In this document: piece by piece, positions 22,815 through 35,277 of the stretch
Layout of the letters: every line of letters begins with the position of its first letter
How positions within the stretch are numbered: position 1 is the stretch's first letter
Assembly (NCBI GenBank): GCA_965644295.1
Contig: CBFFRP010000065.1
Location: 124,001 to 188,000, forward strand
Direction: 5' to 3'
Length of the DNA: 64,000 nucleotides
Origin: Paraphysomonas bandaiensis
Lineage: Eukaryota > Protista > Chrysophyceae
Notes under the pieces: model-generated
The model's database searches: none
What the model was told of the DNA's origin: nothing
The model's input: the letters and a program-made list of their open reading frames with translations, nothing else
Made by a program: the position numbers and the translations under genes

Positions 22815-25216
22815 ATGTTTCTCGACGAATCTGCTTTTGATGTGGAGGAAGATGTTCCCTCTAGCAGTCTAGGAGCTCCGAAACCATCTTATGGTATATA
22901 ATTAATATATAAGGGAGGGTCTGACGGGTGTACAGGTCATAGCGCACAAAACAATAATCTCAGCATAGCTCTGGACGATGAGATGGAAGAGTTGAGTCTG
23001 GGAGGAAGTGGATTGGGAAGTGCTGGTGGTATTGGAACGTCAAGCGCAAGTAGAGCAAGAATGTTAGCCCAGCAAAGAGAAATCAATATGAAGAAGCGTC
23101 AATCATCAGCACAGAGTGGTATTGCTATTTAAAATTATTATTTTGTAGTCACAGGTTTGTGTAGGAATGGTTCGGAGTTCAGTTGATAGTCCGTTAGACA
23201 GTTCGAAAGGCCAATTCACACCGACAGTGCGTCAATTTTCTGCCCCTAAGACTGTTCTCCAGACGGAGTAAGCAACGTGCTGCTGTCACTTATAATCTCT
23301 TCCTTATTGCTTGTACAGATCCAGCAGTGATTTTGGACGACCACAGATCAAGACCCATTTCTCTCCCAAAAGACCTGATCGCGAGGCTGAAGAAGATGTT
23401 GGCAGATCAGGTGGAAGTTACGGCCGACGAGAGAAGCGTGATGATCGTGCGAGACGAGGGGGCAGTCGGGGGCGCGATGATTATGAGGGTAGGGATGATG
23501 TTCCAGAGGGTAGGCGACGTGACAGAGATAGAGACAGGGGCTGGGACGACAGAGACAGGAACAGGGACAGAGGTGGTCGTAGAAGGCGTGATGATGATGG
23601 TGATGACGATTACTACGAGGCTCCTCGGGGTGGAGACAGAGAAAGGGGTGGGAGCCGCCCAAGGAGTCGAGAGAGAGCTCCCAGATATCATGATGATGAC
23701 GACGACAGACGAGGTGGCAGACGCGGAGGTAGTAACAGCAGACGGCGAGGAGACAGGAACAGAGACTACTCTAGTGGAGAGGAGGACTATTATCCTCCCA
23801 GCAGCAGGGGAGGAGGAAGGTCACGATCACCTAAACCACGTGCAGGTAGACGGGCACGCAGCAGAGACCCCAGTCCCCACGATGACCGGAGCAGGGGGGA
23901 GGGGCGATCCAGACAACAGCGCAAAGATGGCCGAGGGGGCAGGCGCGGGGAATACGAGGACGACTATGAGGGTAGTCAACGCAGTCGTGAGCGCGATGGA
24001 GGTCGCCGGAGTCGAGAGCGAGATGGTGGATGGAGAGGGGGTCGTGACATGGAACGCGATGGCGATGGTGAAAGGTCTGACTACGATTCGGAGGGTGAAG
24101 AGAGATGGAATTCTGCGGGGGCAGGAGAGGCCCGAGGTATGGTCGGCCCGGGTAACAGCCGGGGTGGAGAAGGCAGAACAGAAAGAATTCTTGGGGTGGG
24201 ATCACTTACCCCAGCTGTTGAACTTGACCTCTCTGATATGACTCGTTTTCTCATGCGGCCCTTGCCGCGCGGAGCAGGAATAGTGCAGTGCCAAATTGTG
24301 AGAAATAAGTCTGGGACACATAAGCTTTTCCCGGTGTACTCGTTGTACTTGAAGGAAAATGATCGGTTCCTTATGTGTTCCAAGAAGCGTCCCAATAATA
24401 AAACCTCTAACTATCTCATTTCGAAAGGGGAGAACGACCTGTCGAGGGAGAGTCCCAACTTTCTCGGAAAACTCCGGTCAAACTTTGTGGGTACAGAGTT
24501 CCAGGTTTTTGACAACGGTGCTAGTCCTAAGGAGGGGGACGATGACCCATACAAAGCAGGAGGTATATAGTCGTTTGTCATTTTGGCTATGTGTGCTAAA
24601 AGCATGTGTAGAGGTGCGTCGGGAACTTGGAGCGGTTATGTACGCCCCAAATGTACTTGGCTCTCGCGGCCCACGTAAGATGCAGGTGTGCATCCCTGCA
24701 GTAGATGAAAGTAATTCTATCGTCACCTGGCGACAACAGAAGGTGTGCTGTGCACAAGTGCTTTGTTTCGCTTGATTAACAACACGACAGGGATCTGATG
24801 GAGAGATGCTACAACGGATGAAAGATAGAAACTTCCGTGATCTATGCTACTTTATCAACAAGCCCCCTCGGTGGAACGAGCAAGTAGGCGCCTATGTACT
24901 GAACTTCAGTGGACGGGTGACCATGGCGTCTGTGAAGAATTTTCAACTGGTGGACCCAGACGAGCAGAATGCTGTTATTTTGCAGGTGAGTGGTTTTGTG
25001 CAGTGGTGAAGTAGCATGACGTTGTGTGCTTATTTGTGCCTCAGTTTGGCCGTGTGGGTAAGGACCAATTCACGATGGACATGCAATGGCCTATGTCTCC
25101 ATTTCAGGTGTGCCCTTGTTCTGTAATATCTACTTGTGTTTTTTACATCTTGTATGTCTTTTCAGGCTTTCGCCATCACACTGAGTTCATTTGATTCAAA
25201 GATAGCGTGCGACTAA
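22815..25216 (+). CDS. Tubby-family protein (TULP-like) with long Arg/Asp/Gly-rich disordered linker
   Basis: Tubby domain: FLMRP.P....[105 protein letters not shown]. About 8 exons. Confidence 0.95.
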
Positions 25217-26737
25217 CGCTTTGGTATTGTTGCGCCTGGCGACACTTCACGACATTTGACAGCTGTAACTGGCTGTTTGTGTGTGGTGGTCACCATTACG
25301 ATTAGTAGTCGTAGCGCATTGTTTGCCCATACACGCAATATTTTTGTTTAATTAGTGAATCTATGGAAAGGGGGGAATATAATACACCTGAAGGTATGTA
25401 TACCTATGTAGTCAGTAACTGTACAGCACTAAGGGTGCTGGTTATCGTAATAATGTGAGCTTGCTTTTTGCTCTTTAATAACATGTATTATTTTACTTTT
25501 TAAACTTCGAGGTTGGAAAATCCTGTTCGCTATGAGAGATAGTATAATAGTTCTACGTTCTACAATACACATAGGCCTGAAATGGTTGCCACACAAGCTA
25601 TTGACTATTGGTCGCTTTCACACTTAAGTTAGTTAAGAGAAGTTTATTGTTATCAATCAATATAAAAGTAGCTACATTGAAGAAGTGTATAAGTAGTATA
25701 TAAATGTGTTACTAAGTTGCATACACAATTGTTTGTGCTCTCAGGTGAAACAAGAACATGATAATGTATTTATTTCATGTCAACCACTGCTCAACTTCCG
25801 TATCTTGAATCGTCATGATACTATACTCTGTACTTCAGTTTCACAGTTCACAGTTGTATCTATATATCTATTATCTATATAGTATCTTTGACTACGTATT
25901 ACTGTTTTTCATATTGTATTTAACGTATTCTACAGTTCTATCTTAGAGTCTACAGTTCTATTTAGAGAATCGTACGTATTTTAACATATAGCACATAATC
26001 TCTGGGAAGGTGCAATGAATACTAAACTTTGATAAGAAGTTTATCATACACTCTAAGAAATATTGGGTTCTTCTTCTAATAAGAAGATCAGGATATTTAA
26101 GCTATTCTTCAAGAATGACCAGGGTATTGAAACTATTTTCCAAGAATTTGCTGGCGAGCTCCACTGCCAAAGCTGACGCTGAAGGCGATGGCACTCGTTC
26201 CTTGCAGGACTTACATGTCGTCGTGGTTTCTCAAGAATTGAATAGACGAGCTTTTGGTGGCGTGCCTCATGTAGACAGCACACCAAATTCACTGTTGATG
26301 TAAAAAGTAAATATATCTACAAAAGAAGTAAATTCTATATTAAATGCTAAAGATATCTATAGTCTATAGGACTAACTGATGAACATGGCAAACAGATGTT
26401 AATGAGAACAGGTGTCAGGTGTTACATGAATAAGTTGTAAAGTGTTTATAGATTAATAATTATAATTCTTTCTTGGAAGTACGTTAGGTGCAACAAGAGC
26501 AAGTTTAATGTCTACGTCTAGAGAATACCAACTTCAGTGTATGTCCAATTTTGAGAGGCAACGTGCAACGTTTTCAAGGACTTTTTGACGTGTCCGAGCT
26601 GACCAGCAATAACTTATAAATTCTATATTGGACAGCCATAAAGACCCGATAACCTTTCATACAGCGCACCGGAATTCTGATACTAATATACATCTACTAC
26701 TATAGGCCGTTAAATGTATGATGTAATATGTACAATG

Positions 26738-29034
26738 TCATGAAAAGCAACAAAAGAATTTCGACAAAAATTTATCGCCAGCATAGTCACCATTTTTTCT
26801 ATCATCTGGAGGAGTTTCTGAGCACATGTTACGATACCAATACCAATATCAAAAACAGGGTTCTACCTTCCATCGAATCGAGAACGTTGAACTGTAGAAA
26901 CCTTTCGACCTTGAGAGCAGTAGAAGGTCGATTCCCACTGGGGCTCAACTGGTTCGGTCCAGGTTCGAATGTCGCTCCATCATCATCCATATTAGTTACT
27001 AAAAGCCCTATCGAATATGGTAAAACCACATTAAATATATAGTGCGCAGTACCTAACGGATCTGACGCGCCCGAGCTGGCATCGCTATCATCACCGGAGA
27101 AGCTATCCTCACTCAGTGCCTCGGCTTCTGGACCCGTGGTAAGATTTCCCATTGCTTCCGAGAGCTTCTTCCGCACTAGCAAGTTAATCTCCATCTTGGC
27201 ATTGATAATGAATTCCTCTTGACGCTCGCGGCATATTTCTCTTGCTTTCTTAGCAAGCTTCTTAAATCGATATTTCACACCAGGGGTGATATTAATGGGC
27301 CCTACATAATATAAGCACACGAACTAATTGTCAGCACAATATACCTACCCAGCTCATGAGTCTCGTCGCGAAAAGTTCTGTACATTGTTTTAATCATGAT
27401 AAGAGTACGACAAGGGAGTAGAACATACCTGCTCTTGCTGCTGTCTCTTGCAGACAAGATCTCCAGAGGTTCTCCTGTAATAAACGGATGATAGTGCATC
27501 TCGTGCACGTAAGGCCTCTGGCCACTGTCTTTACAGAGGGATACTGTCAACAGATGATCTAATTCGGGAGATACTCCATGCGGTCGCAGTGGATCCACAT
27601 CTCGGATAATCCTAAACAACTCGGTCACATCCTTGTGGTAGAATGGTAACTGGCCGAAGACAAATATCCACAAGCACACACAAGCAGCCCACGTGTCCGC
27701 CATATAAGCGGAGTAGCTTGAAGATGATTCAGCACACATCTCAGGGGAGTAAAACGGAAAGGTGCCCTCTGTCTTGTTGGTGATACCTCTGCTAGTAGAT
27801 TTCTTTAGATCACGCATGCTGATGGAGACTTTTGCTCTGTCCGATTCGAAATGATTCGAGACGCCAAAGTCAGAGAGTTTAAGATTACCCTGTAAAGAGA
27901 TGATCATGAAAACAAATACCCAAAGAAGTACCTTAAAGTCCACCAGAAGATTATCTGGTTTAATATCCTGTATGGCGGCATAATGAGAAAAAAATAGAAA
28001 ATACAATGAAACACCCACCCTATGAGCGATGTGATTTGCATGCATAAAAGATAGCCCTGATATCAAATCCTTGAACGACCGTCTTGCGGTAGACTCTCCC
28101 ATAGTAGTTCCTGTCAGTCGATATACAAATCTATTGTTAGGGGCATCAAATGACATAATGGGTCCGCCTTCCACATGCTCTAGAACGAGATAAACATGCC
28201 GAGCTGACTCATCATTGATGATCTCCACCAATCGCACAAGATTCTTGTGTACAAGTAGCTTCATTATATTTATTTCCTGTTGCAGGGCAGCAGAGAGAGT
28301 AGCCTACAAGAAGTTAAATAGATGCAATAAACACAAACGCAATACCATTGAAGGGTCAGAAGCAGGGAGACTGCTCCCCGTGTTGCCAGGAGGCCCACGT
28401 GATCCAAAAGACCCCCTGGAACTGTTGCTGTTACAATTGAGCCTACGCAATACTTTGATCGCGAATCGATCGTGGTCTTCAGAGAGGTCATCCTCTACAA
28501 GATCCTTTGTAGCAAGTTTCACCTCTCCAAATGCCCCCTAAGAAAATGTCATAATTCCATATATTCCAAAAATCGTGGCTTACCTTTCCCAATGTCTTGA
28601 GGAAGAAATAATCATTGACTGCAACACACTTCCCTTTTTCGAGCACTACTTCGGCGCTGTAGAAAAGAAATTACGACAGATGACAAGGTAGATATATTCT
28701 CACCTTTTAGTAAGAATCACTCCAGCAGCTTTCTGAGAAAATTTGGATCTCCTCAGAGCAGTTGAGTTACTCTTCTCTGATATTTGTTCAATAGCAAAGC
28801 TCGGCTTTTTATAGAAACGGTCCGTTTTTCTGGAGACAACTGTCTGTATCACAGTCTGAGCCATGTCATTCCCATTCCCATTGCTGGTCGAGTTTCCTGG
28901 TCTATATATATATATGTGTGTGTGTATTAGCAGCACAGAGACATGTATACACACTGATCTCACCGCTCTTTATTGGGTGAAGCTGCATTATCACCAGCCA
29001 CCAGCTCCTCACTGGGGTGGACTTTAGTTGTCAT
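26738..29034 (-). CDS. Ser/Thr protein kinase, CAMKK/SAK1-like
   Basis: VNDYFFLKTLGK|GAFGEVKL, AIKV, EINIMKLLVHKNLVRLVEIIND, HR|DIKPDNLL, DFGVS, TEGTFPFYSPE and ADTWA. The last exon (26738-26817) is inferred from a GT-AG intron at 26818-26866. Confidence 0.85.
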
Positions 29035-30464
29035 GAGATATCCTGTGAGTCAACTGCAGTGATATGGATGTCTAGGAACAGATCATGTTGTTGGGACAAA
29101 CAGGCTCTCTCTCTACTCCTCTCTCATGAATGGTTCATGACTATGTATATCCAACCCTATACAATCGTATAGAGTAACGATGTGTTTCTATGTCACTCTC
29201 TTTCAGTTGGTCTACACCTATCAGCAGAGGCTATTAACTGATACACACACCTCTCGACCTGTGCCTATATATACATAGAGAGAGAGAGGAGGCCACTGGA
29301 CGTACAGAGTACATATACTGCTGCTGTATGTGTACCTACACTGCTGCTGGTGTATATACTCCGTATAAAACAGTATGTGAATTGCGGTTACTCACTGAGC
29401 CTAATTTTATATGATTTTCAGTCAACTGTTAAAATAACCTCAAGTTATAGATGGCGATGTCTATAAAACCACAGTTTTTAGCTACCATTAAAAAACTATC
29501 AAGATATACAGACAGCAGTAGCTACGTCGGATAGATGCAAATGGGACAAAGGATTCCATCTTAACTGGGCTTCTCATAACAGGTATATTACACTTGAGCT
29601 TAAAATAATTTTGCAATGAATATATTGCCCTCCATCCGTGCTGCATCGATAATCAATGTTTCATATCCAGTGCATACTGACAGATATGATGCATTAAGAT
29701 AAGTAGCTCTAGTCTACCTCTTCTCGGAGCGTACTGTGATTTTGACCTGTTATTATGGTGCCAAATCACTATCATTTGTTGCAAGGTTAGTTAAAGTGAC
29801 ATTTCATAACTTTTCTCTGGAGATACTTCAGTGGAGATACCTGTAAGTGGAAGAGTGCCTATACTGTCAATAGTCCAAACCTGACTAATGTCGAGGCTCA
29901 ACGACCAGAAACAGGTGTGTATGTATTAGTCTACAATTTAAGATAATAGATACTGCAATTATTCCTGATTGTATACAGCCATGTAACTAAAGTGGGTCGT
30001 GTTAGTACTGCAACCATTAGACGTACAGACTGACGCAGAGTATTATGTGGACGAAAACGACCTGAAAGACGTCAAAACATTTTGAAATTCTAATCAAGAA
30101 TGGAAAGTACTAAATATATGTCTCCATAAATTTCTACTAAATGGGATATTACTTAGAAGCTACCTTACTCAACGTTGAAGCACTTAGCGCTTAGCGCCGA
30201 ATCACAAATTCGAGTCGTGAATCATGATGGTGAAAAGCTCCATCCATTAAGCCATTGAAAATAAATTGAAAGAATGAGTTAATAGTTAGCCTGTCGCTGC
30301 GTAATAACGTATTACTGTGTCCAACAGCACATCGGAAATATGTTGGAAAATTTAACTACTTATTGCTGTTCGACTATTAAGTTTACCCCTTTCGAAATGC
30401 AAATCATCGGCTGAATTATGTTATCTTTACTATTTATATACAATGTACATTGAAAACACAACAC

Positions 30465-33008
30465 CTATGTCGCGAGGGGATTATGTGTAGCAACCAGCTC
30501 TATATTTCTATCTTCTCTGGTCCCACCCGCGTCGCCCGTACTGTTGAAACTTCTGTTCGAAATTGAAAGTAAGCCGCTATCATCGTGGTCGTACTGTATC
30601 TCGTAGCCCCATTGACTAATGAGTTTATCATGCGCATGTCTGTAGCTTTTGAACACCGCCAACATTGATATGATTATTCCAATGGGTAAAAAAACTACAA
30701 TCATAATGTCATCCAAGTCTAGTCTCCACTTGTAAAAAGGAAGAAGATACTCATCACTCCCCGTATCGGCTACCTCGTCGTCATCGGTTCCTGTACTCTC
30801 CCAAGATATATTATGGTATAATGGCCATTCGAAGTCCGGACGTGATGTCGTCACAAGGATGTCAGCGTAGTACTGCGCCGAATATCGCCCCTCAACTTGT
30901 CGGATCCTCCACTCTGACCAGTTTTCTATTATACCTCTGGAGTCATGATGTCGTTGCAACTGAGCAAAGAGCGCTCGATTCACTAAAGTTTTGAGCTCAC
31001 CACTTGAGGCCATAAACATAAACGCAGAGTCGAGCAGAGGTTTTAGTTCAAGTCCTCTCTGAAAGTCCTGCACCAGCAGATCAACAGATACCACATACTC
31101 TCCACCATTTAACTCTTCGGTCACCTCATAGTCCACATCGTCATCACCTAGGTTACGCTCCGTCGAGTCATCCACCCTAACATCCCAAACGTCAACTCCT
31201 TTAACATCCTGTAAGACCCGCCGTACGGTCCATTTCAAAAACTCGACCCCTCCGCTTTCCCAAATATCCTTACGATCCCACTTTTGTCCTGTCAACGCTA
31301 TAACATAAAACACTGTTAACACTCGACTCTCTTCCACCGCCTGGAACCACTCCCCCGATAAAAATCGGGCAACCATATCCTGCGATCGTCCTGGTTGGTA
31401 TGCTGGAGCTTGGTGGCCTGCTCCATGCACAGTTACCAGAGTAAATCCTCCGCTGAATCTAGACACATAACCAGCCGTCTGGTTGACACGGTACCAGGGA
31501 CGCCAGAGGTTCTCAGACTATATCACACCCCACGGAACGAGCTTAGACAAAAACGAAAAATTATACATGAAAACCCACCTGAAGTGACAGATCAAACACC
31601 CAGTGCTGTGTTCCAATTGTAGGGCAGACTAGGTCGTTGTCTCCCGAATATACCAATACATTCACTTCCTCCTCACGCTGAATTATCTCCCCGTACAGGC
31701 CCGCGACGTTTTCGTAGTAATCGCTATCAGGCCAGGCGTTGAGTATCTCATCGCTACATTGAGACCACGTAGAAGAAGGGCGACCCGGCACTAGCACATG
31801 CAGGGCTGCCTGGACGTCAGCTGCGTTCAGGTATTCTACAAAATGCAACTCAGACTGTGAACACAATGATGCAATACCAAACAATTACCAGTCATGTAGC
31901 TGGCCAGACATGGATCGTATTCTGCCTCCGAAGCTCGGCGACGACCACGGAGATTTCTAGCACCATTATTTTTAATCCGCCCCATGGTCCTCTCAAGCCT
32001 CAGCAGGGGAGCAGACGGTGTGTACGGTTCGGAGGGCCTAAGAGGGGACAGCCAGGTCTCCTGCTCCGGCAACGAGTCGGCCAAGCTATCAATGTTCGCA
32101 ACACACACGGGGAAGTTCTCACCATCTACACAAAACAAATTAGAATGTAAAATGACTGCAAGGCACTTACAATAGTCCAGTGCATCGCCCACAACGTCAA
32201 ACATGCTCTCTACTAACTCTATACAGTGGACGGGATACTCTGCAATCTCGACATCCATAGATAAACAGGAACTTGATGAGAACTCTTCCCAGAGAGGAGC
32301 TGGAATCAATTGATAGCCCCAAAATGCATGTGCGCGGGCAACAAACCCACTTCCGAATGATACCCAGGGGTTACCAACCAAAATGCCCCTCAGGCGGCTC
32401 CTCACGGAAAGTTGAGAATCCAAGAGACGCAGCGCAAGTTGTGGAATGTAGTGACCACCATACGACTCAGATGCCAAGAAGAGGTCATTAGACTGTCTCT
32501 CTGGAAAGATATTAAAAAATGCTTCTATTGTAAGTAGATTATCTTCTGCAGCTGTATCGTCTCCATAGTCACTGTACGGGACAGAAGAGTAGGAAAATCC
32601 AACGCCAACAGGTTGCTCCACAAATACAACATTAGCAAACCTATTCCAAGCATACGGGTTATCAACAAGATATACCCCATCATCGCCTCCGTCGATTGGA
32701 CGCCAAGGTCCTATTTCAGTGAAGAACCCAATCATACCAGAGCATCCTGGGCCCCCATTAGTAAAGAATATAACAGGGTCTGTCTGGGGGTCTCCCTGCG
32801 ACTCTGTATATATATAATGTATATGCTTAGATTCAGATATGACTAAGTGACCACTGTATACACGGGACCGAGAGTCTGATGCCCTTGGTAACGATGGGAC
32901 GTAATGGTCGTCCTTATCTGCATTCACACTAACGCTCCTGCAGATACTCGACAGACACAGAGCAGTGCACACCACTGCTTGAAACAGAGTGTGATATACT
33001 TGAGGCAT
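30465..33008 (-). CDS. Serine carboxypeptidase (S10) with C-terminal extension and transmembrane anchor
   Basis: Signal peptide, NGGPGCSG, EQPVGVGFSY, catalytic SESYGGHY, YSGDNDLVCP and GAGHQAP. TM segment IMIVVFLPIGIIISMLAVF followed by a short cytosolic tail. Confidence 0.92.
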
Positions 33009-33335
33009 ACTGTGATGTGATTGTTTCTACTGCACCATGTGGTTAATAGGCACACTGTCTCCGCGAACTATGCATATATAGAGCAGAGCTATTAATATAC
33101 TGCACTGCTGTACATGTCACTCAAGTAGATGGAGGGAGTGTATATTAGGTACTACAAACTGTATATACACTGTATACCATCCCATACGGTATACTTCTGT
33201 ATATATGTCAGTATATCTTTTTCTTGGCATATGTTTGCTATATGAGATGCATGCATGAGATGCATGGGAGTGTTGTTCTTATTAGATTGGCGCTCTGTCA
33301 CCTCACCTCACATATACAAGCAACTATAGATAATA

Positions 33336-33951
33336 ATGCTAACACGTCGACTTATCAACTTATCTTCACGTCATTGTGGCATTCGTCAACTTCACGTAGA
33401 GAAAAATCTTGATAAACTTGGAATAGTTCTTCCTAAGCCCAATGATCCAAAAGGAAACTATTTGAGTTTCGTGCGCTCTGGAAACATGTTGTTTCTTGCT
33501 GGTATGAAAGTATGTCCCTATAGTGATGTATACGTGAATCGATTTCTCAACAGGTCACCTACCACAATCTCCTGATGGGACTTTGGTGACTGGGAAAGTT
33601 GGAAAGGATATAACCGTACAAGAGGGATATGACGCCGCGCGTACTATTGCTCTAAATCTTATTTCTACGATGAAATTCGCCACTGGAGACTTGGATAAAG
33701 TGAAGCGGGTTGTAAAGCTGGTGGGCTTCGTAAATTGCAATGGTAAGTCCACAACTGTGGTAGTAATGCGCTGTTTTACGTTTTCTGCAGAGGATTTCAC
33801 ACAACAGCCTTCTGTCATCAATGGTTGCTCAGATATGATGGTGGAGGTTTTTGGGCCTGAAGTGGGGCGGCATGCACGGTCCGCTGTTGGCACCAACGCC
33901 CTTCCCCTAGGTGTTTCGGTGGAAGTGGAAGCCATTATCGAGGTGGAATAA
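33336..33951 (+). CDS. YjgF/YER057c/UK114 (Rid) family protein, Rid1-type, with mitochondrial-like presequence
   Basis: MLTRRLINLSSRHCGIRQL presequence, LGIVLP...P.GNY..FVRSGNMLFLAG|HLP...GKVG, KLVGFVNC, F.QQP.VINGCSD and GRHARSAVG...LP.GV.VEVE. Two introns. Confidence 0.9.
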
Positions 33952-35277
33952 CTATTTCACTTGTGTCGTACATTTCATTTATATTAGACCAGCTGAAAAT
34001 AGCATGTCGTACAAAATTAATAATAATGGTGAAATGAATACCGTTTTAATAGCGATTTGGTGGCACCAGACGGACAAGCTAGATCCGTGTGTAGCCACGG
34101 TGCGTACTCTGTGTGTGCTTTGTATAGTGTATAGTGCTTATTGCTTATAGATCAGTAGTGCGCTCACCTTATTTTCTCTTCTATGTAATATATATAGCTC
34201 TGTCGGATACGAAATATATTGTGCAAGGCACATGATATAGGCGTGAAAAGACAAAATTAGTACTGCTAGAATTGATATGAATCCCGACAGTGATAGTTAT
34301 CAGCTGTATTGACGCAATGATTTCGAATAGTCATCGCATGAGTGATACATAAACAACATATCTTTTATTACAACTCAACAGTTACGACATACACTTTTTC
34401 TATCTCAACAAGCACGGCACATTTGTGTAACTGCTTTTGACCAAACCAGCAGCAAATAGTTAATGCTTACAGCATACACACTACCTATCTATGTTACTTG
34501 CAAATAGAATATTCATCGCATGCGTAAACTACCCACTTTATTGAATAAGATATACGAACGTATGCCAGAAATGATGCTTGAAGACAGTGACACTCGCTGA
34601 AGCATTTACCTGACTTCTACCTCACAAACCCTGGTAATGATGAGAGAATTGACACATCAACCACTGCCTCAATAAAGTTAGTTCGAATACACTGCAGGTA
34701 GATGATATGTCACTTCCTTCAAATCACAACTGGTCTCCGATTCATGTCTCTACACCCTCGCCTTTCATATTGTTCATATTTTCAGGATTACTCTCTAAAT
34801 ACTGTCAAAATAAACTCTAGAGGGAATGGGGATATGTATATTCAATGTCTACTTCGGTATGTAACAGTGCCAAGAGGAGCTGATTATTACAGAAGAGATG
34901 GAGAGCTTCTTGGTCTCAGTATCTGTCCATATATGAGAGATATTAGGAGTTGAGACTGGGACTGCTGGAGTAGAGAAATCTACCTGATGTCTAGATAATG
35001 CATAGCCACATATGATGATATGGACGATATCTATGGAGGATATGTGGGCGCAGTCTATACGGAGACAGTACTGCTGTACTTATGTCACTACACTGCATAG
35101 GTATTCGTACAGCAGTACATATCGTGTATATATGACGTATATAGATTATACGGCAGTCGGTATACCGTATACAACAGTATACCATACCACATAGATGGTG
35201 TATCAATGCATGAGCTTGTTGAGACTTGCTTGTGCGTGTTGAAAGTCACACATAACCACACCAGCTAACCCAATATA

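Noticed and set aside
23327-24241. 304-aa alternative-frame ORF and antisense ORFs over the Tubby linker (likewise over eEF1B-gamma and VPS13)
   Set aside because: Explained by purine-rich low complexity and codon bias of the real frame, not by overlapping genes.
26050-26310. Short ORFs on both strands between Tubby and the kinase
   Set aside because: No motif and stops in the most protein-like frame; unassignable.
27302-28264. Apparent hydrophobic insertions inside kinase motifs in the ORF track (and similar ones in VPS4 and Rid1)
   Set aside because: They are stop-free 3n GT-AG introns (e.g. 42 nt) read through by the ORF finder.
30030-30120. EYYVDEND...EWKV as a chromodomain relic
   Set aside because: Interrupted by a stop and lacking the remaining chromodomain aromatic residues.
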